From contig CAZPQK010000009.1 in assembly GCA_964588695.1 (NCBI GenBank), positions 28,022 through 92,021 on the forward strand: a stretch of 64,000 bases of DNA, read 5' to 3'. The notes under the pieces were generated by a model. The model saw only the letters and a program-made list of their open reading frames with translations, did not search any database and had not been told where the DNA came from. Positions 18,859 to 27,310 of the stretch are shown here, in pieces (position 1 is the first letter of the stretch; every line of letters starts with the position of its first letter). This stretch comes from an uncultured bacterium (GTDB taxonomy: Bacteria > Krumholzibacteriota > Krumholzibacteriia > WVZY01 > JAKEHA01). A program made the translations under genes and the position numbers.

Positions 18859-20058
18859 ATGGGCAAGAACAAAGGGTTCGCAATAGCCCTCAGTGTTCTG
18901 GTGATCGCTGCCATCGGCTACTTTAGCTTTTTAAGCCCGGGTCCCGATGAGAACGAATTGACCGGCGCCATCGGCACCGTGGAAAAGTACCGCGCCGACC
19001 AGATTAACGAATCCGACGTCGTCACCGGCGAGACCATTCCCAACTTTGACGACATCGTCGGCGAATGGTTTAACGACGAAGGCGTCATCGAAAGCGTGAA
19101 CGGTTTGCTTGGCCGCGCATCGTTGCAGGAGCGTGCGAGCTTTTTCGAGCGCGCCAGCATGCAGGAAAAATCGGCCATCCTGGGTCGCGCGTCCGTTCAG
19201 GAACGCGCCAGCATGTTCGAACGCGCCAACCTGCAAGAACGTGTTGATATGTTTGGTCGCGCGAGCGCGCAAGAGCGGTCGAACTTCTTCGAGCGCGCCG
19301 GTATTCAGGAAGCTGACTTCAACCGGGCTTCCCTGCAGGGTCGTGCCAGTATGCTAGGCCGCGCCAACGCGCAAGAACGTGCTAGCTTCTTCGAGCGTGC
19401 CAATATGCAGGAGCGCGCCGCGATTCTTGGCCGGGCTTCGCTGCAGGAGCGGGCTAATTTCTTTGCTCGCGCAAATATGCAGGAAAAAGCTGCCATTCTT
19501 GGCCGGGCTTCAATGCAAGAAAAAGCGAGTCTCTTTGAGCGCGCAAGCATGCAGGAACGCGCCCGCATGCTGGACCGGGTTTCGCTGCAGGGTAAAGCTG
19601 CATTTCTGGAGCGTGCTTCGCTGCAAGAGCGCGCTGCCATGTTGGGTCGTGCCGAAGCTCAAGAGCGCGCCGCAATGCTAGGGCGTTGCTCTGCGCAGGA
19701 GAAAGCGAGCTTGTTTGAGCGCGCGAACTTGCAGGAGCGAGTCGACATGTTCGGTCGCGCCAGCGTACAAGAGCGTGCGAGTTTCTTTGAGCGCTCCGGC
19801 GTAAAGGAAGCCGACTTTAACCGGGCGTCGCTACAGGAGCGCGCAAACATGCTGGGACGTGCGTCGATGCAGGAGCGTGCTAGCTTCTTCGAGCGCGCCA
19901 ACATGCAGGAGCGCGCGAACATCCTTGAGCGTGCCAGTATGCAGGAACGCGCCGCCGTTTTTGCCCGAGCCAACATGCAGGAACGTGCTGCGATGCTGGG
20001 ACGTGCGTCGGTGAAGGAACGCGCCAGTGTGTTTCAGCGTGCGTGGATGGGTCAATAG
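18859..20058 (+). CDS. Membrane-anchored or secreted tandem-repeat protein of unknown function
   Basis: Strong RBS AAGGAGG; N-terminal TM FAIALSVLVIAAIGYFSFL; acidic linker; residues 85-392 are 26 repeats. Confidence 0.85.
   Translation: MGKNKGFAIALSVLVIAAIGYFSFLSPGPDENELTGAIGTVEKYRADQINESDVVTGETIPNFDDIVGEWFNDEGVIESVNGLLGRASLQERASFFERASMQEKSAILGRASVQERASMFERANLQERVDMFGRASAQERSNFFERAGIQEADFNRASLQGRASMLGRANAQERASFFERANMQERAAILGRASLQERANFFARANMQEKAAILGRASMQEKASLFERASMQERARMLDRVSLQGKAAFLERASLQERAAMLGRAEAQERAAMLGRCSAQEKASLFERANLQERVDMFGRASVQERASFFERSGVKEADFNRASLQERANMLGRASMQERASFFERANMQERANILERASMQERAAVFARANMQERAAMLGRASVKERASVFQRAWMGQ
19111..20055 (+). repeat. Coding tandem repeat, 36-nt (12-aa) period, consensus [GE]RA[SN][LM]QERAxx[FL]
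   Basis: 24 units of 12 aa plus two 10-aa units (ERAGIQEADF, ERSGVKEADF) 14 units apart, then a partial unit. Confidence 0.95.
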
Positions 20059-20081
20059 GAACAAGCTTTAGCCTTGATCGC

Positions 20082-20121
20082 GAGGTGCTGTGGCGATACC
20101 GTCACAGCACCTCTCTTTTTT
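20082..20121 (+). terminator. Intrinsic terminator between the repeat gene and the outer-membrane protein gene
   Basis: GAGGTGCTGTGGCG-ATAC-CGTCACAGCACCTC followed by TCTTTTTT. Confidence 0.75.
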
Positions 20122-20130
20122 GGAGTCGCC

Positions 20131-23118
20131 ATGGGTTGTCGTTTGCTTGTTTCACTTGTGGTCGCGGTAAGTGTGGCCGCCGCCGTATTTGTCGCGCCCG
20201 CCAGCGCCCAGTTTAAGTGGCAAACACTTACGACCAACAACATGCGCCTCGTTTACTACGACCCCGAGCACGCCTACGTGTTGCCGCATCTTGCGAGATG
20301 TTTCGAAAACACGATGGGGTTCTACCATGACTTCCTGGGCTACGTTCCGACCGAAGAAGTAACAATCCTGCTGCAGGACTTCGACGATCACGGCTACGCG
20401 GGAACGTCGACGATTCCCAACAACTACATTACGCTTGGTATCGAGCCGTTCGAATATGTTTACGAGACTTGTCCAACCAACGAGCGTTTTAATTGGGTGA
20501 TCAACCACGAGCTTTTTCACGTGGTTGCGTCGGAGAAAGCCGCGGGCACCGACAACCTCTATCGCCGGTTGTTCTTTGGGAAGGTTGCAGCGGTATCCAA
20601 AGATCCGGTCTCGATGTTTTACAGCTACTTGTCGAACCCTCGTCGGTATGCTCCACGGTGGTACCACGAAGGTATCGCAGTGTTCATGGAAACATGGATG
20701 GCCGGCGGTGTTGGCCGGTCGTTGGGCGGTTACGATGAGATGGTGTTCCGCAGCATGGTAGCCAATAACGATTACTTCTACGATGTCGTTGGTTTGGAGT
20801 CGGAAGGTACCACCAGTGACTTCCAGATTGGCCAGAACAGCTACCTGTACGGCACACGGTTCATGAGTCATCTCGCGGTTAAATTTGGCCCCGAGAAAGT
20901 GGTAGCGTGGGTCGATCGCGCCCCCGGCACCAGGGCTAGTTTTCGCGCGCAGTTTAGGCAAACCTTCGGCACGACCCTCGACGACGAATGGCGCGCGTGG
21001 ATTCAGGACGAAAGGATCTGGCAGCAGGGAAACCTGGCTCGGATACGCGAGTTTCCGGTGACTCCACAACGCAACGTTGGCCCGCGGGCTTTCGGTTCGG
21101 TGTCGCGCGGGTACTATGACGAAGACCTCGACCAGCTCATTGTTGCGGTCAACTATCCTGGCGAGTTCGCTCATGTTGCTTCGGTCGGTCTCACCAATGG
21201 CGAAGTCAAGAAAGTCTGCGAAGTCCAGACGCCGGCATTGTACTACGTGTGCGCAACTGCCTACGATCCGCAGCATCATCGGCTTTATTACACCACTAAC
21301 AACGGTAAGCACTGGCGAGACCTTAATGTTCTCGACGTGGTAAGCGGCGAAACGACGCGTTTGATCGACAATATACGCACCGGAGATTTGTCGTTTAATC
21401 GTGCGGACGGTTCCATCTGGGGTGTGCAGCATCACAATGGTAAAAGCGCCATCGTTCGCATTGCGCCGCCCTACACGCAGTGGGAAAACATCACCGAATT
21501 GTATACGCTCCCTTTTGGTCGCGACCTCTATGACCTGGATGTGTCGCCAGACGGCAATCACCTGGTGGGTTCGATGTTTGGTGTAACCGGCCGCGCTCAG
21601 TTGGTGCGGTTTGATACCAAAGCCCTCATGAATGGGGATGCGGGGTACAACGTTCTCTATGAGTTTGTAAACACCGCGCCGTATGGATTCAACTACTCTG
21701 CGGATGGCCGGTACGTTTATGGCAGTGCGTACCAGACGGGTGCTTCTAACGTGTTCCGCTTTGATTTCGAAACCGAAGAAATGGCGTGCCTGTCCAATGT
21801 TGAGACCGGATATTTTCGCCCGGTTCCGTTACGTGGTTTAACCCGCCCGTCGTCCGCTGCCGCTGATTCGTTGATTGTGTTTCACTACGGCTCCGAGGGT
21901 TTGCGTCCGGTACTGATATCGGAACGCAAACTGGAGGACGTTAACGCCGTGCGATACCTGGGTAACGAAATCGTAACCCGCCATCCGGTTGTTCGCGACT
22001 GGAAGCTGGGTTCGCCTTTGGATGTCGACCTGGGAGCTGTCAAGCAATCGCAGGGTGACTACAGCAAGTGGGGCAACACCGGGGTCGCGTCAATGTATCC
22101 TATCGTGGAGTCGTACAAGGAACGAGCCGCGGTGGGATTTCGGTTAAACTTTATGGATCCGGTTGGGTTGCACGGTGGCGACGTATCGCTAACGTTCTCT
22201 CCTGATAAGCTTCCCGACAACGAGCAGTGGCACAGCTCGTTGACCTATCGCAGTTATCCTTGGACGTTGGGTGCCAGTCTTAACCGTGCAGACTTCTATG
22301 ATTTCTTCGGCCCCACCAGGACCAGCCGCAAAGGCCGTTCGGTGTCGCTTGCCTACGATGGTGTTGTGATCGCGGACAAACCACGGTACCTGAATTACAC
22401 GCTGTCGAGCGCGTATTACGGAGGCCTTGAAACCGACCCCGACTTTCAAAACGTGGACGCAACTTACACCGAGTTTGCTACCGCAAGCGCACGGCTGGAC
22501 TACAAGCGCGAGCGCCGATCGATTGGCGCCGTCGATGTCGAGAAAGGGCTGTTATGGGGTACGGGTGTGCATGGCAATCTGGTCAACGAGGAAGTTTATC
22601 TTAACGCCGATGGTCATTGGGATGTTGGAGTAACGACGCCGTGGGATCATTCGTCGCTGTGGTTGCGCACCGCGGCCGGGTACTCGTTCGGCGACCGCGA
22701 AGACTCGTTCGCCAACTTCTTTTTTGGCGGCTTTGGCAACAACTACGTCGATCATCGCGAAGTAAAGCGCTACCGCGACGCGGTAAGCTTTCCGGGATTG
22801 GAACTTAACGAAGTTGGCGGAACCAACTACGCCAAAGCGATGTTGGAGTGGACGCTGCCCGCGATGCGCTTCCGGCGTTTTGGGCTGCCGGTACTCTACT
22901 GCACCTGGGCGCGGACAGCGCTTTTTTCCAGCGGCCTGTTTACCAATGTTTCCAGCGAATCGACACAACGAGAACTCCTGAACGTGGGCGGTCAGGTTGA
23001 CTTTCGTCTGGTGTTCTTCTCTGGGCTTTCGTCAACACTATCGGTAGGCTACGCGGTCGCTTTCGAAGACGGAAGGTCTCCACAAACCGAACTCATGATC
23101 AGCCTTCGCATTCTATGA
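20131..23118 (+). CDS. Large outer-membrane protein: gluzincin peptidase domain, TolB/PD40-like propeller and probable Omp85-type beta-barrel
   Basis: Signal peptide ending APASA; HELFH and PRWYHEGIA zinc motifs; propeller-like DVSPDG and YSADG; aromatic-rich amphipathic C-terminal strands. ATG at 20131 has a GGAG RBS. The barrel family is inferred. Confidence 0.7.
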   Translation: MGCRLLVSLVVAVSVAAAVFVAPASAQFKWQTLTTNNMRLVYYDPEHAYVLPHLARCFENTMGFYHDFLGYVPTEEVTILLQDFDDHGYAGTSTIPNNYITLGIEPFEYVYETCPTNERFNWVINHELFHVVASEKAAGTDNLYRRLFFGKVAAVSKDPVSMFYSYLSNPRRYAPRWYHEGIAVFMETWMAGGVGRSLGGYDEMVFRSMVANNDYFYDVVGLESEGTTSDFQIGQNSYLYGTRFMSHLAVKFGPEKVVAWVDRAPGTRASFRAQFRQTFGTTLDDEWRAWIQDERIWQQGNLARIREFPVTPQRNVGPRAFGSVSRGYYDEDLDQLIVAVNYPGEFAHVASVGLTNGEVKKVCEVQTPALYYVCATAYDPQHHRLYYTTNNGKHWRDLNVLDVVSGETTRLIDNIRTGDLSFNRADGSIWGVQHHNGKSAIVRIAPPYTQWENITELYTLPFGRDLYDLDVSPDGNHLVGSMFGVTGRAQLVRFDTKALMNGDAGYNVLYEFVNTAPYGFNYSADGRYVYGSAYQTGASNVFRFDFETEEMACLSNVETGYFRPVPLRGLTRPSSAAADSLIVFHYGSEGLRPVLISERKLEDVNAVRYLGNEIVTRHPVVRDWKLGSPLDVDLGAVKQSQGDYSKWGNTGVASMYPIVESYKERAAVGFRLNFMDPVGLHGGDVSLTFSPDKLPDNEQWHSSLTYRSYPWTLGASLNRADFYDFFGPTRTSRKGRSVSLAYDGVVIADKPRYLNYTLSSAYYGGLETDPDFQNVDATYTEFATASARLDYKRERRSIGAVDVEKGLLWGTGVHGNLVNEEVYLNADGHWDVGVTTPWDHSSLWLRTAAGYSFGDREDSFANFFFGGFGNNYVDHREVKRYRDAVSFPGLELNEVGGTNYAKAMLEWTLPAMRFRRFGLPVLYCTWARTALFSSGLFTNVSSESTQRELLNVGGQVDFRLVFFSGLSSTLSVGYAVAFEDGRSPQTELMISLRIL

Positions 23119-24131
23119 TCACCGATCTTGTTGCCATCGTTGCGAGCCTGCTCCCGGTTCTTGTCTTTCTTGCGGTGTTGGTCTATCTCGATAGCTATAA
23201 GTTGGTGCCCGTTCGCGTGGTCTTAATAACGATCGGGGTTGGCGTCGTAGTTGCGGCGGTCGCGATGGGGATTAACAAGGGGCTGCTTGAGGCGACCGGA
23301 ATGGGGGGGAAGATGTACGCGCGTTCACTAGCGCCCGCGGTGGAAGAACTGCTTAAAAGTGTTTATGTGGTCTATTTGTTGCGCAGCCGTCGCGTCGGTT
23401 TTGTGGTCGATGCGGCCATCCACGGCTTCGCTATTGGCGCGGGGTTCGCCATTATCGAAAACCTCTACTACCTGCAAGCAATTGGCGATGCGCCGGTGGT
23501 AACCTGGTTTATTCGTGGGTTCGGAACCGCCGTGTTGCATGGCGGTGCAACGTCGTTATTTGCGATGATCGCGAAGGGACTATTGGACCGCGATCATCCC
23601 GTGCCGCAGTCGATAACGCTGGCGCTGTTGCTGGCAATTGCCCTGCACACCCTGTACAACAACTTCGTGTTGCCTCCGTTGGTATCGGTGTTGGTGTTGT
23701 ACTCGGTCTTTCCACTGTTGATTACGGTCGTGTTTTACCACAGCGAGCGCGCCACCAATCGCTGGTTGGGCAACCAGTTCGACACCGACCAGGAGTTGCT
23801 CGACATTATCAATTCCGGGGCTGTGGCCGAGTCTCGGATCGGCGAGTTCTTTGAATCGGCTCGCGAGCAGTTCCCGCCCGAAATGCTGGTAGACATGTTG
23901 TGCTACCTTCGCATTCATGTCGAACTGGCGATCAGCGCCAAAGGAATGCTGCTGCTGCGTGAAGCTGGTTTCGAACCGCCGGTCGATGAATCGGTTCGGT
24001 CGCGGTTTGCCGAATTGGTTCACCTGAAGAAATCGTTGGGACGCACGGGGCTGCTCGCGATTCAGCCGTTTCTTCACACCAACGATCGTGACCTCTGGCA
24101 ACTCCACATGCTGGACCAGCAATCCCGCTAG
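23115..24131 (+). CDS. prsW: PrsW-family intramembrane protease with ~125-aa C-terminal soluble extension
   Basis: Motifs APAVEELLK, GFAIGAGFAIIENLYY, AVLHGG and HTLYN. ATGA overlap with the outer-membrane protein gene. Confidence 0.87.
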   Translation: MITDLVAIVASLLPVLVFLAVLVYLDSYKLVPVRVVLITIGVGVVVAAVAMGINKGLLEATGMGGKMYARSLAPAVEELLKSVYVVYLLRSRRVGFVVDAAIHGFAIGAGFAIIENLYYLQAIGDAPVVTWFIRGFGTAVLHGGATSLFAMIAKGLLDRDHPVPQSITLALLLAIALHTLYNNFVLPPLVSVLVLYSVFPLLITVVFYHSERATNRWLGNQFDTDQELLDIINSGAVAESRIGEFFESAREQFPPEMLVDMLCYLRIHVELAISAKGMLLLREAGFEPPVDESVRSRFAELVHLKKSLGRTGLLAIQPFLHTNDRDLWQLHMLDQQSR

Positions 24132-24177
24132 CAGTACTCAACTTGATTTTTGCGCCGCTTAATGCGAGTCTCCCGGG

Positions 24178-25752
24178 ATGAAATCCTTCGATGTTGTGGT
24201 TATTGGCGGGGGACATAACGGACTGACCGCGGCTTGTTACCTGGCGCAGCGCGGGAAGACGGTCGGGCTGTTCGAAGCCCGATCCAGCCTGGGCGGTTTG
24301 TGTGCGGGCGCGGAGTTTCACCCGGGATACCGCCATGCCGGAGTCTTACAGGACACCACCGGCGTTCGCCCCTGGGTTGCCCAGCAACTGCACTTGCCAC
24401 GCTACGGCCTGGAATTTACCGCGGGTGTGCCCGACGTTCTGGTGCCGATGGGTTCTGCAGCAACTTCGCGAGCGGTTCCGCGAATCGCCAGCGATCACGG
24501 TTTGCTGCTTTCTCACGACCCGGCGCGATCCCGAGCTGAGTTCGAAACCCACCACGCCGGTGACGGCGACGGGTGGGAGCGTTATCGATCATTTGTCGAA
24601 TCCAGCCGTGAAATTGTCCAGCCGCTTCTGAACGCGACGCCTCCCGACGCAATGAACCCATCGCCCCGCGAAGCGCTGTCATTGGGGAAACAGGCGCTGT
24701 CGTTACGTCGACGCGGCGGGGAATTCATGACAGAGTTTCTGCGTGTCCCGCCTATGTGTGTCGCCGATTTTGTCAGCGAGTACTTTGGCGCCGAGATAGC
24801 GCGAGCCGGAATCGCGGGGCCGTCGATTTATAGCACATGGTGCGGACCGTGGTCGCCTGGAACCGCGGGGCTGTTGCTTCGCTACGAAGCATTGAAAGGG
24901 CGCGCTGTTCGCGGCGGTGCCGCCGAGTTAGCGACCGCGTTGGAGAGAGCGGCGCGGGAACTTGGCGTGGAGATTGTCACCGACAGATCCGTTACGCAAA
25001 TAGCTGTCGAAGCCAACCAGGCGGTCGGTGTGGAGTTGGACGGCGGCGAATCCGTCGGTGCGCGCTGCGTGTTCTCTTCGATTGACCCGAAGAAGACGTT
25101 CTTGGAACTCCTCGCTCCTCATGTGTTGGCATTGCGCTTTCAGGAGCAAATTGCAAACTACCGCACCCGCGGAACGACGGCGGTTGTCCACATTGCGCTC
25201 AACCGACCGCTCCGATTCGACGGGCGCGAAAATGACGCAATCAGCTACGCACGGACCGGGCTTTCATTGGACGACCAGGAGCGTGCGTTTGATCCGATCA
25301 AGTACGGCGACTGGTCGCGGCGTCCAATTATAGAGGTCTTTCAGCCGACGATTGACCGTCCCGAGCTTGCCCCCGACGGACACGCGGTTGTGTCGGTGTT
25401 GGCGCACTTTGTTGCCCACGCGCCGAGAGATCCGTGGACCGAACAAAGCCGCGCCGAGCTTTTGTCGGCGGTCATGCGGCAACTTGATGAGGTTGCGCCG
25501 GGTACAGCGGACGCCGTGGTTGCTTCCGAACTGCTAACTCCGGACGATCTAGAGCGCGAGTTCGGAGTGACCGGTGGGCACGTCCACCACGGCGAGCACG
25601 CGTTGGATCAATTGTTGGCGCGCCCGGCTCCGGCCGCCGCGAGGTTCGCGACACCGGTCGCGGGGTTGTTTTTGTGCGGATCCGGGTCACACCCGGGAGG
25701 CGGGGTGACCTGCGCCCCGGGAGCTTTGGCCGCCGCTAGCTGCGACGTCTAA
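24178..25752 (+). CDS. Phytoene-dehydrogenase-like FAD-dependent oxidoreductase (copy 2)
   Basis: Motifs GGGHNGLTAACYLA and FLCGSGSHPGGGVTCAPG. Confidence 0.88.
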   Translation: MKSFDVVVIGGGHNGLTAACYLAQRGKTVGLFEARSSLGGLCAGAEFHPGYRHAGVLQDTTGVRPWVAQQLHLPRYGLEFTAGVPDVLVPMGSAATSRAVPRIASDHGLLLSHDPARSRAEFETHHAGDGDGWERYRSFVESSREIVQPLLNATPPDAMNPSPREALSLGKQALSLRRRGGEFMTEFLRVPPMCVADFVSEYFGAEIARAGIAGPSIYSTWCGPWSPGTAGLLLRYEALKGRAVRGGAAELATALERAARELGVEIVTDRSVTQIAVEANQAVGVELDGGESVGARCVFSSIDPKKTFLELLAPHVLALRFQEQIANYRTRGTTAVVHIALNRPLRFDGRENDAISYARTGLSLDDQERAFDPIKYGDWSRRPIIEVFQPTIDRPELAPDGHAVVSVLAHFVAHAPRDPWTEQSRAELLSAVMRQLDEVAPGTADAVVASELLTPDDLEREFGVTGGHVHHGEHALDQLLARPAPAAARFATPVAGLFLCGSGSHPGGGVTCAPGALAAASCDV

Positions 25753-25872
25753 AAAAAAAACCTAAACGCCTGCGCCACGTTCCCTTTGGCATGTTTTGTG
25801 GTAAACTTCGTAGCCACAAGGCCGATACTTATCAATGATCAATCTTTTTAAGCCTATTGTTTGGAGGCTCTT

Positions 25873-26823
25873 ATGGAGACGCTAACCCACATGGCGCGCA
25901 GCAGCGAGACGGTCGATGCGATCCTCGCCAATTACGCTTCGGAAAACCCGGGCGTTCGCGCCAATCTCTACCGTTTGCTGATGTCGGGGAAACTCGCCGG
26001 CACCGGCAAGCTGGTGATTCTTCCCGTCGACCAGGGTTTTGAGCACGGCCCGGCGCGTAGCTTCGCAGTTAACCCAGCCGGCTACGACCCGGAGTACCAC
26101 GCCAAGCTTGCGATTGCCGCGGGCTGCAACGGTTACGCCGCGCCGCTCGGTTTTATTTCGCAAATTGCACACGACTACGCGGGGCGCATCCCCCTGATTC
26201 TGAAAGTCAATAACCACGACTCTGCCGTGTCCGAGCGCGACCCGATTCCGGCGCAAACATCGAGTGTTCAGGACGCCGTCCGACTGGGGTGTGCGGCGAT
26301 TGGTTTTACGATTTATCCGGGGTCGAGTGAATGGCGCGCTATGTATCAGCAGTTCCGCAAGCTATCCGAAGAAGCACGCAACGCCGGACTTGCAGTTGTG
26401 CTGTGGGCCTACCCGCGCGGCACCAACATTTCCAAAGATGGCGAAACCGGAATGGACATTGTTGCTTACGCCGCACAAATCGCGGCTCAGCTTGGGGCGC
26501 ACATTATAAAGGTTAAGCTTCCCAGCGATCATCTCGAGCAAGATCCCGCGCGAAAAGTTTACGAGTCAGAAGGCGTCCAGATTGCGACCCTGGCCGATCG
26601 CGTCAAGCACGTGGTGCAGAGCGCGTTTGACGGTAAGCGAATCGTGATCTTTTCGGGTGGTGGAAAGGCTTCGGACGATAAAGTGTTCGACGAAGTTCGC
26701 GCCATTCGCGACGGTGGTGGTTTTGGATCCATTATCGGTCGCAATAGTTTTCAGCGGCCGTGGGATGATGCGGTCAAATTCCTGGGAACGATCATGGACA
26801 TCTACGGCGGTAACGCTTCCTGA
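25873..26823 (+). CDS. fbaB: Class I fructose-bisphosphate aldolase (DhnA/FbaB type)
   Basis: Motifs ILPVDQGFEHGP, WAYPRG, GAHIIKVK and IIGRNSFQR. GGAGG RBS before the ATG at 25873. Confidence 0.92.
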   Translation: METLTHMARSSETVDAILANYASENPGVRANLYRLLMSGKLAGTGKLVILPVDQGFEHGPARSFAVNPAGYDPEYHAKLAIAAGCNGYAAPLGFISQIAHDYAGRIPLILKVNNHDSAVSERDPIPAQTSSVQDAVRLGCAAIGFTIYPGSSEWRAMYQQFRKLSEEARNAGLAVVLWAYPRGTNISKDGETGMDIVAYAAQIAAQLGAHIIKVKLPSDHLEQDPARKVYESEGVQIATLADRVKHVVQSAFDGKRIVIFSGGGKASDDKVFDEVRAIRDGGGFGSIIGRNSFQRPWDDAVKFLGTIMDIYGGNAS

Positions 26824-26842
26824 CGTTAGCGTTTGGTTCCAA

Positions 26843-26879
26843 CAAAAAGGGTCGGTGCTTGCACCGGCCCTTTTTTTGT
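26843..26879. terminator. Bidirectional intrinsic terminator
   Basis: AAAAA-GGGTCGGTGC-TT-GCACCGGCCC-TTTTTTT between convergent genes. Confidence 0.85.
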
Positions 26880-26900
26880 CAGCTATAGTGGCCGACCCGT

Positions 26901-27260
26901 TTATATCCAGTCGGGGTTGTCGACCGTGCGGGCGGTGGTGACATTTCCAGTGTTAAGCGTGCCCGCGGGCTCAAATAACAAACAGTGCACTTCTTCCAGC
27001 GCCACCGGACGATGTTCCACTCCGCGGGGGACGACAATCATCTCGCCGGGAGAGAGAATTATATCGCGATCGCGAAATTGCAGTTCGAGAACTCCTTTGA
27101 CCACGTAAAACAATTCGTCTTCGTTGTCGTGTTTGTGCCAATCAAACTCGCCGAGGTATTTAACCACCTTGACGTGCTGGCCGTTAAGTTCCGCGACAAT
27201 CTTTGGCGACCAATGGTCGTTGAATCTGGTCAGCTTATCGCCGACGTCAATCTTTTCCAC
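26901..27260 (-). CDS. Cupin-domain protein
   Basis: Motifs WSPKIVAELNG, WHKHDNEDELF and VPRGVEHRP. Confidence 0.88.
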   Translation of the reverse strand: MEKIDVGDKLTRFNDHWSPKIVAELNGQHVKVVKYLGEFDWHKHDNEDELFYVVKGVLELQFRDRDIILSPGEMIVVPRGVEHRPVALEEVHCLLFEPAGTLNTGNVTTARTVDNPDWI

Positions 27261-27310
27261 GGTGACCTCCCAGTCAAGACGCCAGTATAGCCCATGTAGG
27301 AGACAGCCGA

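Noticed and set aside
19111-20055. 36-nt periodic repeat considered as a CRISPR array or VNTR
   Set aside because: There is no constant repeat with unique spacers and no cas gene. Differences between units are largely synonymous, so it is a coding repeat.
25751-25760. A10 homopolymer as a phase-variation tract
   Set aside because: It begins in the stop codon and is otherwise intergenic, with no evident position inside a promoter spacer.
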